Shown here in pieces: positions 22,254 through 31,830 of a DNA stretch of 64,000 nt (within the stretch, counting starts at the first letter, position 1; each line of letters opens with the position of its first letter). Position numbers and translations under genes: made by a program. Origin of the DNA: an uncultured delta proteobacterium (GTDB lineage Bacteria > Myxococcota > Myxococcia > Myxococcales > Anaeromyxobacteraceae). The notes beneath the pieces were generated by a model. That model saw only the letters and a list, made by a program, of their open reading frames with translations, searched no databases and had not been told where the DNA came from. The stretch is taken from assembly GCA_963814585.1 (NCBI GenBank), contig CAWFDF010000013.1:1-64000 (forward strand), written 5' to 3'.

Positions 22254-23411
22254 TCAGAGCCTCGCCAGCCGCTCGCAGGCGCGGTCGAGGGTGGCCTCGT
22301 CCTTGGCGAAGCAGAAGCGGAGCACCCGCTCCTGCCGGGGCGGCGAGGAGAAGACCGAGACCGGGATGCTGGCCACGCCCAGCTCCCGCGTGAGCCGCTC
22401 GGCCAGCGCCACGTCGTCCTCGTCGCTGATGCCCGCGTAGGAGGCCAGCTGGAAGTAGGTGCCGCCGCAGGGGAGCGGCGCCAGGCGGGTGGCCGCCAGC
22501 CCGGCGCGGAAGCGGTCGCGCCGCCGCTGGTAGAAGGCCGCCAGCTCCAGGTAGTGGGCCGGCTCGCGCAGGAACTCGGCCAGCGCCAGCTGGATGGGCG
22601 TGTTGACCGCGAAGACCACGAACTGGTGGACCTTGCGGAACTCCGCGGTCAGCTGGCGCGGCGCCAGGACCGAGCCGATCTTCCAGCCGGTGGCGTGGAA
22701 GGTCTTGCCGAAGGACCCGACCACGAAGCTCCGCGCCGCCAGCTCGGCGTGGCGGGCGCAGCTCTCGTGGCGGCGGCCGTCGAAGACGATGTGCTCGTAG
22801 ACCTCGTCGGAGACCACCAGCGTGCCGGTGCCCCGGAGCAGCGCCGCCAGCTCGTCGAGGTCGGCGGCGGCCCAGACCGTGCCGGTGGGGTTGTGGGGCG
22901 AGTTGACGACCACCAGGCGGGTCCTCGGCGAGAGCAGGCGCCGGACCTCGGCCCAGTCGGGCCGGAAGGCGGGGGCGCGGAGCCGGGACCGCACCACCGT
23001 CCCGCCCGCCAGCTCGACGGCCGGGGCGTAGCAGTCGTAGGCCGGCTCGAAGATCAGCACCTCATCACCCGGCCGCACCGCGCAGGTGATGGCGGTGAAG
23101 ATGGCCTGGGTCCCGCCGGCGGTGACGGTCACCTCGTGCTCGGGGTCGTAGCGGGTGCCGTACAGGGCCTCGGCCTTGGCGGCCAGGGCCTCGCGCAGCG
23201 GGGCCACGCCGGCCATGGGAGCGTACTGGTTGGCGCCGGACCGCAGGTGCCTCTCCACCAGCGCCAGCAGGGCCGGGTCGGGCGAGAAGTCGGGGAAGCC
23301 CTGCGAGAGGTTGAGGGCGCCGCACTCGGCGGCCAGGCGCGACATCACCGTGAAGATGGTGGTGCCGACCTGGGGGAGTCGGGAGGGGAAGCTGGCGGCG
23401 GCGTCCGGCAT
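22254..23411 (-). CDS. PLP-dependent aminotransferase class I/II (methionine aminotransferase YbdL-like)
   Basis: TTIFTVMS, NLSQGFPDF, NSPHNPTG, SDEVYEHI, SFGKTFHATGWKIG, LRFCFAK. Confidence 0.92.
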   Translation of the reverse strand: MPDAAASFPSRLPQVGTTIFTVMSRLAAECGALNLSQGFPDFSPDPALLALVERHLRSGANQYAPMAGVAPLREALAAKAEALYGTRYDPEHEVTVTAGGTQAIFTAITCAVRPGDEVLIFEPAYDCYAPAVELAGGTVVRSRLRAPAFRPDWAEVRRLLSPRTRLVVVNSPHNPTGTVWAAADLDELAALLRGTGTLVVSDEVYEHIVFDGRRHESCARHAELAARSFVVGSFGKTFHATGWKIGSVLAPRQLTAEFRKVHQFVVFAVNTPIQLALAEFLREPAHYLELAAFYQRRRDRFRAGLAATRLAPLPCGGTYFQLASYAGISDEDDVALAERLTRELGVASIPVSVFSSPPRQERVLRFCFAKDEATLDRACERLARL

Positions 23412-23570
23412 GACCGGTGAGTGTGGTTCGGCGGCGGCGGGGTGGCAAGGGGCGGGCGGGCCAGCGCGCGCGCCGGTCGCCCCCGCCCAGTGGCTCACCG
23501 ACCACGACCGAGCCTGTCGAGGGACCTGGTCACGCTCGGACTGCCAGCGCCGGAGGCCTCCTCGCCGGTC

Positions 23571-25904
23571 TCAGCCGGACTCCGCCGGCGCCAGCCTGGC
23601 CGACAGCGCCCTCGCCTCTCCGAGGAGCGGCGCCCCGGGCTCGGCGCTCGACCAGGCCTCCAGCAGGCGCCCGAGGGGGAGGCGGGCCTGCTCCGGAGCG
23701 CCGAGCCGGGCGTGGGCGTCGGCGAGCAGGAGCTGGCTGCGCGGCCAGGCCCAGCTGCGCCACATCTGCCGCCAGGCGTAGAGCCGCTCGAAGCCGGTGA
23801 GCGCCTCGATCGCCTCCTCGAGCCTCCCGGCCCGGTGGGCCAGCTCTCCGAGCGCGTAGAGCGGGGCGATGCGCCAGGCCACCACCGGCGTGCGGGCGCA
23901 GGTGGCCTTCAGGCCCGCCAGTGCCCCGTCCTGGTCCCCCCGGTGCCAGGCCTGGAGCGCCTCGTGGGTGGCGGCCAGCACCGAGCCGGAGGGCAGCCCG
24001 CCGGCCAGCCGGGCGGCGCCCTCCACGTCCCCGAGCCAGGCCAGCGAGACGGCGTGCTCGGCCGCGGCGCGCGGGTCGGCGGCGCGCACCCGCTCCACCG
24101 CTGCTCGCACGCCCTCCACGTCGCCGTCACCGGTGAGGTAGTCGGCGCGGATGGCGTGGTAGTTCCAGTCGCGAGCCACCGGAGGCACCTCGCGGGCCAG
24201 GTCGTCGAGCAGGGCCAGCCCGGCGCGACGCCGTCCCTGGTAGGCCTGCAGCGCCGCGAGCCCGTAGTAGCCCATGCGCCGCACCGGGCTGCCGGCGGCC
24301 GCCAGCTGCCGGGAGGCGGCCTCCGCGGCGGCGAACTGGCCGGAGAAGAAGACCGCCGCCAGCTGGTCCTCGCGCCCGGCCACGCCGCCCCCCACCGCCA
24401 TGGCCCGCTCGCCGGCCCTCCTGGCGGCCTCGAGGTCGCCGAGCCAGCCGGACGCCACCGAGAGGCCGTGCAGCGCGGCCGGGCCGCCGGTCTCCTCCCA
24501 GCGCCGGATCCAGGCCCGGAGCTCGTCGCGCCGGCCCAGCGCCCCGAGCGCGTCGGCCAGGTGGCCGGCCGCCCAGCCGTACTCCGGATCCAGCGCCACC
24601 ACCTGCTCGAACCAGGGGAGCGCGGCGGCCAGCTCGTCGCGGTGGCGGAGGATGTCTCCGGCCTGGTACCAGGCCCGCACCTCGTCCGGCCAGGCCTCCA
24701 CCACCCGGCGGTAGGTCGCCAGCGCCGCCTCGTCGTCGCCGCCGAGGTGGGCCGAGAAGGCCTCGATGAGCAGGCGCTCCCGCCCGGTGGCCCGGCCGGC
24801 GTGGCGCAGCGCGGCCTTCAGGGCCGACTCCTGCTCGGCCTGCTCGCCGCCGAACCACCGCAGCCAGACGGCCAGCTCGTAGTGGGCCACCGCCAGCCCC
24901 GGATCGAGGCTCACGGCCTGGCGCAGCAGCGCCCCGCAGTCCTGGCCCAGCGCCGGGTGGCGCACGCACTGCTCGCCCAGGAAGTAGGTGCGCCAGGCCT
25001 CGACGCCGTCCCCGGACGGTGCGGCGACGGCCGCCGGGTGGGCCACCCAGCCGCGCTCCACCTCGAGCAGGGCCTCCAGCAGCTCGGCCATGTCACGGTG
25101 GCGCTCGCCCGGTGACCGCGCCGTGGCCCGGGCCACGAGCGCGACCAGCGGCGCCGGGACGCCGGGGCGCTCCAGCGCCGGCCGTGGCGCCCGGGGATCG
25201 CCCGGGCTGGCGCCGCACAGCATCTCGTGGAGCAGGACGCCCACGGCGTACAGGTCGGTCCGCTCGTCCTCCTCCCCGCCGGCCTCCTGCTCCGGCGCCA
25301 TGTAGCCGGGCGTGCCGCTGCGCGACGGCCCGCGCACGCCGAAGGCGGCGGCGAGGCCGAAGTCGAGCACCTTGGCGGGTCCCCCCTCGACGAGGAAGAC
25401 GTTGGCCGGCTTGAGATCGCGGTGCAGCACGCCGGCGGCGTGGGCGTGCGCCACCCCCCGGATCACCTCCAGGGCCGCGCCCACCGCCCCCCGCACCGTC
25501 AGCGGGCCGCGCTCGAGCCGCGCCGCCAGCGACTCGCCTCGCAGGAGCTCGAGCACCAGGTAGGGGCCGGACGGGCAGCGCCCCACGTCGTGGAGGGTGA
25601 CGATGTTGGGGTGGGAGAGCTGCGCGGCGGCCTCGGCCTCTCGCCGCAGGCGGTCCTCGACCTCCTGGGCCCCCTCGCGCCCGGCGGCCCGGAGGATCTT
25701 GAGCGCCACGTTCCGGCGCAGCTCCCCGTCACGGGCCTCGAAGACGCGGCCGAAGCCGCCGCGCCCCAGCTCCCTGAGGACGGTGAACCGGCCCACCGCC
25801 TCGCCGGGTCGGGGGAAGGGCGGCGCGGCGGCACCGAGCTCGGGCACGCGGAAGAGCTCGGCGATGAGCGCCGAGACCGCCGCGGGTGCCGGCCGCTCGC
25901 TCAC
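23571..25904 (-). CDS. Hanks-type Ser/Thr protein kinase with C-terminal TPR-like region
   Basis: LGRGGFG, VALK, HRDLKPAN, DFG, GTPGYMAPE; GTG at 25904 overlaps the sigma factor stop. Confidence 0.9.
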   Translation of the reverse strand: MSERPAPAAVSALIAELFRVPELGAAAPPFPRPGEAVGRFTVLRELGRGGFGRVFEARDGELRRNVALKILRAAGREGAQEVEDRLRREAEAAAQLSHPNIVTLHDVGRCPSGPYLVLELLRGESLAARLERGPLTVRGAVGAALEVIRGVAHAHAAGVLHRDLKPANVFLVEGGPAKVLDFGLAAAFGVRGPSRSGTPGYMAPEQEAGGEEDERTDLYAVGVLLHEMLCGASPGDPRAPRPALERPGVPAPLVALVARATARSPGERHRDMAELLEALLEVERGWVAHPAAVAAPSGDGVEAWRTYFLGEQCVRHPALGQDCGALLRQAVSLDPGLAVAHYELAVWLRWFGGEQAEQESALKAALRHAGRATGRERLLIEAFSAHLGGDDEAALATYRRVVEAWPDEVRAWYQAGDILRHRDELAAALPWFEQVVALDPEYGWAAGHLADALGALGRRDELRAWIRRWEETGGPAALHGLSVASGWLGDLEAARRAGERAMAVGGGVAGREDQLAAVFFSGQFAAAEAASRQLAAAGSPVRRMGYYGLAALQAYQGRRRAGLALLDDLAREVPPVARDWNYHAIRADYLTGDGDVEGVRAAVERVRAADPRAAAEHAVSLAWLGDVEGAARLAGGLPSGSVLAATHEALQAWHRGDQDGALAGLKATCARTPVVAWRIAPLYALGELAHRAGRLEEAIEALTGFERLYAWRQMWRSWAWPRSQLLLADAHARLGAPEQARLPLGRLLEAWSSAEPGAPLLGEARALSARLAPAESG

Positions 25905-26464
25905 TCCAGCAACCCCGCCTCCTGGGCCATGCGCCCCAGCCGCTCCTTGAGCCGCTCGAAGCGCTTGCGCAGGGCGGCGGCGGACACCGCGGTCCCCTCC
26001 TCCGAGAGCAGCGCGGCCAGCTCCTCCCACTCCAGCTCCCGGTCGAGCCGCAGCGAGAGGAGCTGCTGGTCGTCCGGATCGAGCGCCTCGCGCAGCCGCC
26101 GCAGGGCCTCGCGCCGCCCGCCCGGCAGCTGGGCGGAGTCGGCGATGGAGGCGGCCAGGCGGGAGGCCATCGAGGTGGGGAACCGCTCGGCGCGGCGGTG
26201 CCAGGCGGTCCCGCGGAGGCGCGAGGCCGCATGGCGGGCCACGCGGTAGGCCCAGGCCCGCACCGAGCACTCGAAGCGGAAGCCGGGCAGGCCGCGCCAC
26301 AGGTCCTCGGCGAACATCGAGAAGGCGTCGCGCGAGTCGTCCTCGTCGAGGAGGCTGCCGAGGAAGCCGAGGATGTTGGGGCCGAGCGCCTCGAGCGCGG
26401 CCGTGGCCGCCTCGTCCGCCTCCCCGCCATCGAGGAGGGCCCGCACCCGGGCATCGAGGGTCAT
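25901..26464 (-). CDS. ECF-type sigma-70 family factor
   Basis: Region 2-like LWRGLPGFRFECSVRAWAYRVARH; region 4-like LDPDDQQLLSLR...LEWEELA...ALRKRFER. Confidence 0.85.
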   Translation of the reverse strand: MTLDARVRALLDGGEADEAATAALEALGPNILGFLGSLLDEDDSRDAFSMFAEDLWRGLPGFRFECSVRAWAYRVARHAASRLRGTAWHRRAERFPTSMASRLAASIADSAQLPGGRREALRRLREALDPDDQQLLSLRLDRELEWEELAALLSEEGTAVSAAALRKRFERLKERLGRMAQEAGLLE

Positions 26465-26538
26465 GGGCGGATGATAGCCGGACTGGCGGTGACCGTCAGC
26501 GGGGTGGCCCGCACCTCGCGTATATTCCGGCCCACGCC

Positions 26539-27546
26539 ATGGAATGGCTCAGGAATCCCGCCGTCGCTTGGTTCGTGCCGGTGCCGCTGCTGGCGGCGCT
26601 GGCGCCGCTCCTCTGGCGGGTCTTCCGCGCCGACTGGCTGGCCCTGGATCGCGCGGCGCTGGCCCACCGGGCCGCCCTGGCCGCCGCGGGAAGGACCGAC
26701 CTGCGGCCGCTGGTGGCCCCCGCGCTCGGCGTCTTCGTGCTGGCGCTGCAGGAGTACTTCGGCACGCGGGGCTTCTTCGAGCGGGTGCTGCGCCCGGCGC
26801 TGGCCGGCCTGGAGGCCGCCAGCCCGGACGGCCTGCTCGACCTGGCGACCTGGGGCGGCCTCTACCCGAACCTCTGGTGGGGGCTGACGCGGGTGGGCGG
26901 CTACCTCCTGCCCGTCGCCATCTGGCCCCTGCTCTTCCGCGGCGAGCGGCGGCGCGACTGCGGCCTGCGGTTCGCCGGGCTTCGGCAGCACCTCTGGATC
27001 TACGCGCTGGCGCTGGCCGTCATGGTGCCCCTGCTCCTGGTGGTGCGCCGCCAGCCCGACTTCGGCGCCTACTACCCCATGTACCGGGGCGCGGGCCGGT
27101 CCTGGGCCGACTTCCTCGCCTGGGAGGCCGTCTACGTCGCGCAGTTCTTCGCGCTGGAGGCATTCTTCCGCGGCTGGTGGCTCCACGCCACGCGCAGCCT
27201 GGGCGCGGCGTCCATCCTCGGCATGGTGATCCCGTACACCATGATCCACTTCGGGAAGCCCTGGCTGGAGGTCTCGGGGGCCATCGTGGCCGGCGTGGTG
27301 CTCGGCTCGATCTCGGCCCGGACCAGGAGCATCTGGGCCGGCGTCCTGGTCCACGCCACGGTGGCCCTCCTCATGGACGTGCTGGCGCTCCAGCACCGCG
27401 GCGAGCTGCCGACGCACCTCTGGCCAGGGAGCGACGCCAGCTTCGCCTTCGGCGGCTGGCCCTACCTGCTCGGGGCGGCCTGGGTGGGCGCGGTGGGCCT
27501 TCTCGTCCGGGAGGCGTGGCGCCGCTGGAGGCCTGGCCGGGATTGA
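26539..27546 (+). CDS. CPBP family intramembrane metalloprotease (second subtype)
   Basis: LEAFFRGW, PYTMIHFGKPWLE, SIWAGVLVH; multi-TM. Confidence 0.85.
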   Translation: MEWLRNPAVAWFVPVPLLAALAPLLWRVFRADWLALDRAALAHRAALAAAGRTDLRPLVAPALGVFVLALQEYFGTRGFFERVLRPALAGLEAASPDGLLDLATWGGLYPNLWWGLTRVGGYLLPVAIWPLLFRGERRRDCGLRFAGLRQHLWIYALALAVMVPLLLVVRRQPDFGAYYPMYRGAGRSWADFLAWEAVYVAQFFALEAFFRGWWLHATRSLGAASILGMVIPYTMIHFGKPWLEVSGAIVAGVVLGSISARTRSIWAGVLVHATVALLMDVLALQHRGELPTHLWPGSDASFAFGGWPYLLGAAWVGAVGLLVREAWRRWRPGRD

Positions 27547-27612
27547 CCCGGGGCCTCGCTCCACGTCGGGGATGCCGGGGTGTCCCGAGCAGGCGCCCCG
27601 AGCCCACCAAGG

Positions 27613-27647
27613 AAAAACCCCGCCAGCTGGACGAGGGCTGGCGGGGC
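27613..27647 (-). terminator. Rho-independent terminator after tRNA-Glu
   Basis: Minus strand CCCCGCCAGC-loop-GCTGGCGGGG followed by TTTTT. Confidence 0.85.
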
Positions 27648-27649
27648 AC

Positions 27650-27724
27650 TGGTGACCCCTACGGGAATCGAACCCATGTCTTCGCCGTGAGAGGGCGACG
27701 TCCTAACCGCTAGACTAAGGGGCC
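27650..27724 (-). tRNA. tRNA-Glu (CUC), CCA encoded
   Basis: GGCCCCTTAGTCTAGCGGTTAGGACGTCGCCCTCTCACGGCGAAGACATGGGTTCGATTCCCGTAGGGGTCACCA folds as a cloverleaf. Confidence 0.96.
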
Positions 27725-27737
27725 AAGAAGCGGGCCT

Positions 27738-27766
27738 TCTGTACCCTCTCGCGTTGCGGCAGTCAA
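27738..27766 (-). promoter_or_regulatory. Putative sigma70 promoter for tRNA-Glu
   Basis: TTGACT-17 nt-TACAGA on the minus strand between the two tRNAs. Confidence 0.45.
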
Positions 27767-27793
27767 CGCTCGGGGGTGGTTTCCAGCGTGAAG

Positions 27794-27864
27794 CTGGGGG
27801 ACAAGGATTCGAACCTTGATAGCCAGATCCAGAGACTGGCGTCCTGCCGTTAGACGATCCCCCA
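27794..27864 (-). tRNA. tRNA-Gln (CUG), CCA not encoded
   Basis: TGGGGGATCGTCTAACGGCAGGACGCCAGTCTCTGGATCTGGCTATCAAGGTTCGAATCCTTGTCCCCCAG folds as a cloverleaf. Confidence 0.95.
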
Positions 27865-27872
27865 AGAAGAGG

Positions 27873-28217
27873 TCATGACTTCGCTTTCACCAGGATGAAG
27901 AGGCGGGTCTCGCCCTTCAGCTCGTACAGGTTCAGCCCTTCCCAGCTCCCCGGCCTCGCCTCCGGGTTCTCGATGTGCACGGCCTTCACGCCGGGCTGAT
28001 CGGCGATGGGCCGCCGCGGGTACCTCGCCGGTGGCAGGGCGGTCCGGAAGTGCTTGAGGAGATCCTCGTACTTCCGGTCGACCTGGTACCGGTGCTCCCC
28101 GATGCGCCTCGCGTCGTCCGGGAGGGTCAGCCCGGCCACCTTCTCGGCCAGGGAGACGCCCGGAAACGCCACGAGGAGCGCGGCGAGAGCGGCCTTATAT
28201 CGGGGGGCGCCGGTCAT
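27873..28217 (-). CDS. Small secreted hypothetical protein
   Basis: Signal peptide (AALAALLVAFPGVSLA) and typical codon usage. Confidence 0.7.
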   Translation of the reverse strand: MTGAPRYKAALAALLVAFPGVSLAEKVAGLTLPDDARRIGEHRYQVDRKYEDLLKHFRTALPPARYPRRPIADQPGVKAVHIENPEARPGSWEGLNLYELKGETRLFILVKAKS

Positions 28218-28236
28218 GGTCAAGTGGAGGTATATC

Positions 28237-28788
28237 CTACCTCCAGACCTCGTAGAGCCGCCCCTTGTGCCCCGGCTCGCGCAGCTTGAGGCCGGCCCGC
28301 TTCACGGCGTCGCCGCACTTGGGGCCGATCCAGTAGCCCTTCGGATCGCTGCGCCGCCAGCTCTTGCGGAAGAGCTGGTGGACCTCGTCGAAGATGGCGT
28401 TGAGGGCGCGCGGCTTGCCCCTGAGATCCTGGGTGGCCCCGGTCTGGATCAGCTCGGCCCAGATCCGGCCCCCCTCCAGCTCGCCGGCCTCGTTGAGCTG
28501 CGACCGCTCGTAGTGGAAGACCGGCGATGGGATCTCCTCGATCTTCAGCATGCCGCGGTCGGGGCCGCGCTTGATGGGGTGGACCACCACCGGCGCCAGG
28601 CGCTCGAAGGCCAGGTAGTAGCTCCCCTGGTCGAGGGCGGCGACCAGCGCCGCCTCGGGGTCGACGACCAGCGGCTTCCAGTCGGGCGGGATCAGGTCCG
28701 GGTAGACGGTGACCTGGTGGCGGGCGAGCAGGCGGAAGAAGGCCTTCTCGTCCTCGGGCACCATGAAGAAGTCGAGCTTGGAGGCCAT
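28237..28788 (-). CDS. Hypothetical cytoplasmic protein
   Basis: 183-aa ORF with normal composition and GC3 bias. Confidence 0.75.
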   Translation of the reverse strand: MASKLDFFMVPEDEKAFFRLLARHQVTVYPDLIPPDWKPLVVDPEAALVAALDQGSYYLAFERLAPVVVHPIKRGPDRGMLKIEEIPSPVFHYERSQLNEAGELEGGRIWAELIQTGATQDLRGKPRALNAIFDEVHQLFRKSWRRSDPKGYWIGPKCGDAVKRAGLKLREPGHKGRLYEVWR

Positions 28789-28800
28789 GGGGCGGGGACT

Positions 28801-29934
28801 CTACACCGCCCGTCGCGCCAGCGCGTCGTACCCCTGCGCGATGCGGGTGGCCAGGATGAGCAGCTCGCCCAGGTCGGTCGGGTCGACCAGCGCGCCGCGG
28901 CCGTTGTCGGCGTAGAGGACGTTGACCACCCGGCCCAGCGCCAGGATCGGCACCACGAAGGCGCTCAGCGGCACGCCGCCGCCCAGCGCCTTGAGCAGCC
29001 GCACGTTGGCCTCGGTCTTCGGCAGGGGCCCCAGGAAGTGGCTCTGGGTCGCCACCACCGTCGCCACCACCCCCTCGTCGGTGAGCGGCAGCCGCAGCCG
29101 CCGCACCGCCTCGAGACCGACCCCCGGCCCCAGCCCCACCCAGCCGTGGACCTCTCCGCGCCGGGCCGTGAGCAGCACCGCCCGCTGGAAGCGGGAGCGG
29201 GCGTAGCGCAGGACCGTGCGGGCGATGGCGCCACGCTCCTCGACCCCCTCGAGGAAGCGCACCGCCTCCTGGAAGGAGAGCGGGGACGGCTCCGGCTCGT
29301 CGGGCCGGACCGGCGGGTGGGCCACCACCGGAGGGGCCGCCGGGGGCTGCAGGCCGGGCGGCCGCACGAAGGGCATCGGGGTGGGCGACTCGGTGAGGCC
29401 GACCCGGCCGTAGAGGGCATCGAACTGCGCCTCGTCGATGAGGTCGGGGCCAGAGGTGGCGCGCGCCCCGCCGGCGGCCGGCGCGCGGTGCTGCTCGATC
29501 CCCCGCTCCTCCCGGAAGACGTGGTAGGCGGCCGCCAGCAGCCGCCAGAGCCGCGCCTCGGGCACCACGAACGGCAGGATGCTCCGGCCCGTGGCGAAGG
29601 CCACCTCGTCGAGCACGGCCACGTTGCCGGGATCCACCGTGAGCAGGGCCAGCTTGCGGTCATTGGCCCGCAGGGGCACCACCTCCCAGCGGTCGGCGTC
29701 GTCCGCGGAGATCAGCTCGAGCGCGGCCGGCTCCGGCACCAGGTTTCCGTAGAGCGCCGGGACGTGGTGCCGATCGCCCAGCGCCAGCGCCAGCCGCTCC
29801 TCGGTGAGCGCGCCACCCTCGAGCAGGTTGGTGCCGAGCCGGCCGCCGAAGACGGCCTGCGCCTGGAGGGCCTCCTCGACGGCCAGCCGGCCGCAGGCGC
29901 CTCGAGCCACCAGCAGCTCGCCGAGCCGGGGCAC
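28801..29934 (-). CDS. MshEN/GspE-N domain protein with C-terminal GAF-like region and no ATPase
   Basis: RLGELLVARG...EEALQAQ...RLGTNLLEGG tandem motif; C-terminal VVPILALGRVVNVLYADN. Confidence 0.8.
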   Translation of the reverse strand: MPRLGELLVARGACGRLAVEEALQAQAVFGGRLGTNLLEGGALTEERLALALGDRHHVPALYGNLVPEPAALELISADDADRWEVVPLRANDRKLALLTVDPGNVAVLDEVAFATGRSILPFVVPEARLWRLLAAAYHVFREERGIEQHRAPAAGGARATSGPDLIDEAQFDALYGRVGLTESPTPMPFVRPPGLQPPAAPPVVAHPPVRPDEPEPSPLSFQEAVRFLEGVEERGAIARTVLRYARSRFQRAVLLTARRGEVHGWVGLGPGVGLEAVRRLRLPLTDEGVVATVVATQSHFLGPLPKTEANVRLLKALGGGVPLSAFVVPILALGRVVNVLYADNGRGALVDPTDLGELLILATRIAQGYDALARRAV

Positions 29935-31352
29935 TATCCCCTCCCCGGACGCGTCTGCCGCGCCGGATCGAGCAGCCGCCGTGCCGCCCGATCGGTCAGG
30001 CCGCCACGCTCCACCGCCAGCTCTCGCACCGGCCGGCCCGTGGCCAGCGACGCCTTGACGATGGCGGCGGCGCCGGCGTAGCCGAGGCGGGGCGCCAGCG
30101 CGGTGGCCAGGCTCACGGTCCGCTCGGCGTAGTGGCGGGCCCGCGCCGCGTCGGCGCCGAGGCCGCGGGCGCAGCGCCGGTCGAAGGCGGCCACCGCAGC
30201 GGCGAGGATCTGCAGCTGGTGGCAGAGGTCGAAGGCCACCAGGGGCATCATCACGTTCAGCTCGAGCTGGCCCCCGGTGGCGGCGGCGGCGATGGCGCCG
30301 TCGAGGCCCATCACCTGGTAGCAGACCATGGCCAGCATCTCGGCCATCGAGGGGTTGACCTTGCCCGGCATGATCGACGAGCCGGGCTGGACCGGCGGCA
30401 GCCTGAGCTCGCCCAGGCCGGTGGCCGGGCCGCTGCCGAGCAGCCGCACGTCGCCGCCGATGCGGAGCAGCTCCACGGCCGCGCCGCGCAGCGCGCCGGA
30501 GAGGGCCACGAAGGGGCCGAGCGACTGCATGGCGCCGGTGAGGCTGCGCGCCGGGGAGAGCGGCACCCCGGTCAGCTTCGAGAGCTCGCCGATGGCGAGC
30601 CGCTGGTAGCGCGGGTGGGCGTTGACGCCGGTGCCCACCGCGGTCCCGCCCAGGCCGAGCAGCGACAGCTCCGGCATGGCGTCGCGCACCCGCCCGGCCG
30701 CCAGGCGCAAGGTGGCCGCCCAGCCCGCCACCTCCTGCCCCAGCCGGATGGGCGTGGCGTCCATCAGGTGGGTCCGCCCCGCCTTGACGATCCCGTCCCA
30801 GGCCCTGGCCTTCCTCTCGAAGGTGGCGGCCAGCCCGAGGAGCGCCTCCACCACCGCCGGCGCCAGCTCCAGCGCCGCCAGCCGGATGGCGGTGGGGACC
30901 ACGTCGTTGGTCGACTGCGCCATGTTGACGTGGTCGTTGGGGTCGACGAGGGCCCGGTCGCCGCGGCGCCCGCCCAGCAGCTCGGCGGCGCGGCTGGCCA
31001 GCACCTCGTTGACGTTCATGTGGTGCGAGGTGCCGGCGCCGGCCTGGTAGACGTCGACCACGAACTGCTCCCGCCAGCGCCCGGCCAGCACCTCGCGCGC
31101 CGCCGCCTCGATGGCCCGGGCCGTGGGCCTCGGCAGCAGGCCGAGCCGCGCGTTGGCGCGCGCCGCCGCGATCTTGATCCGGACCGTGGCGTCGACGAAG
31201 GCCGGGTGGGCCCGCAGGCCGGAGATGGGGAAGTTCTCGACGGCCCGGGCGGTCTGGGCGCCCCACAGCGCCGCGGCCGGGACGCGCAGCTCGCCCATGG
31301 TGTCCCGCTCGACGCGGGTCCGCGTCCCGGCCACCTTGCGGCTCTTGACCAT
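29934..31352 (-). CDS. Aspartate ammonia-lyase / class II fumarate hydratase family
   Basis: WGAQTARAVENF, QAGAGTS, AQSTNDV, GRTHLMDA, GSSIMPGKVNP, GQLELNV. Confidence 0.93.
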   Translation of the reverse strand: MVKSRKVAGTRTRVERDTMGELRVPAAALWGAQTARAVENFPISGLRAHPAFVDATVRIKIAAARANARLGLLPRPTARAIEAAAREVLAGRWREQFVVDVYQAGAGTSHHMNVNEVLASRAAELLGGRRGDRALVDPNDHVNMAQSTNDVVPTAIRLAALELAPAVVEALLGLAATFERKARAWDGIVKAGRTHLMDATPIRLGQEVAGWAATLRLAAGRVRDAMPELSLLGLGGTAVGTGVNAHPRYQRLAIGELSKLTGVPLSPARSLTGAMQSLGPFVALSGALRGAAVELLRIGGDVRLLGSGPATGLGELRLPPVQPGSSIMPGKVNPSMAEMLAMVCYQVMGLDGAIAAAATGGQLELNVMMPLVAFDLCHQLQILAAAVAAFDRRCARGLGADAARARHYAERTVSLATALAPRLGYAGAAAIVKASLATGRPVRELAVERGGLTDRAARRLLDPARQTRPGRG

Positions 31353-31393
31353 GGGTCAGCCTGGCCCATCCGGGCATCCAGCGGCGAGCGGCG

Positions 31394-31705
31394 CTACTCG
31401 ACGGCGATCTCCTGCACCCTGGCCCCGCCGTCGACCACGTACCAGATCCTCGCCTTCTGGCCGGCGGTGATCCTGGACGGCGATCCGACCGGCTGGCCGG
31501 TGGCGTCGAAGACCTGCGCCTCGGCGCCGGCCTTGAACGTGACCACGCCGGCGGCGCACTGGACGCGCAGCTCGGCCTTGGCGCTGTCGTAGCCGAGCAC
31601 GGTGCCGGAGTCGAACTTGGTCCGGTCGGTGACCTGGGCGAGGCGTGGCGCCGGGAACGGCGACGAGGCTGCGGCCAGCAGCAGGGCGGCGAGGAGGGTC
31701 TTCAT
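31394..31705 (-). CDS. Small secreted hypothetical protein (beta-rich)
   Basis: MKTLLAALLLAAA signal peptide. Confidence 0.7.
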   Translation of the reverse strand: MKTLLAALLLAAASSPFPAPRLAQVTDRTKFDSGTVLGYDSAKAELRVQCAAGVVTFKAGAEAQVFDATGQPVGSPSRITAGQKARIWYVVDGGARVQEIAVE

Positions 31706-31830
31706 GGGACGAGTATGGCGGTTCCGGGGCCGGCCGCCAATGGGTCCGGGCCCTCTCCCAGCCCCCGTCCCCGCTCCGGGTGGGGCCGGTTCGAGGCGCC
31801 GGCCCGCCCGAGCGGTTACAATACCGTGCC

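Noticed and set aside
27547..27872. tRNA locus as an integration site for an island or prophage
   Set aside because: No integrase, no duplicated tRNA 3' end and no composition shift in the flanks.
28237..28788. Possible polymorphic-toxin immunity protein
   Set aside because: Only a vague resemblance, and no toxin gene is adjacent.
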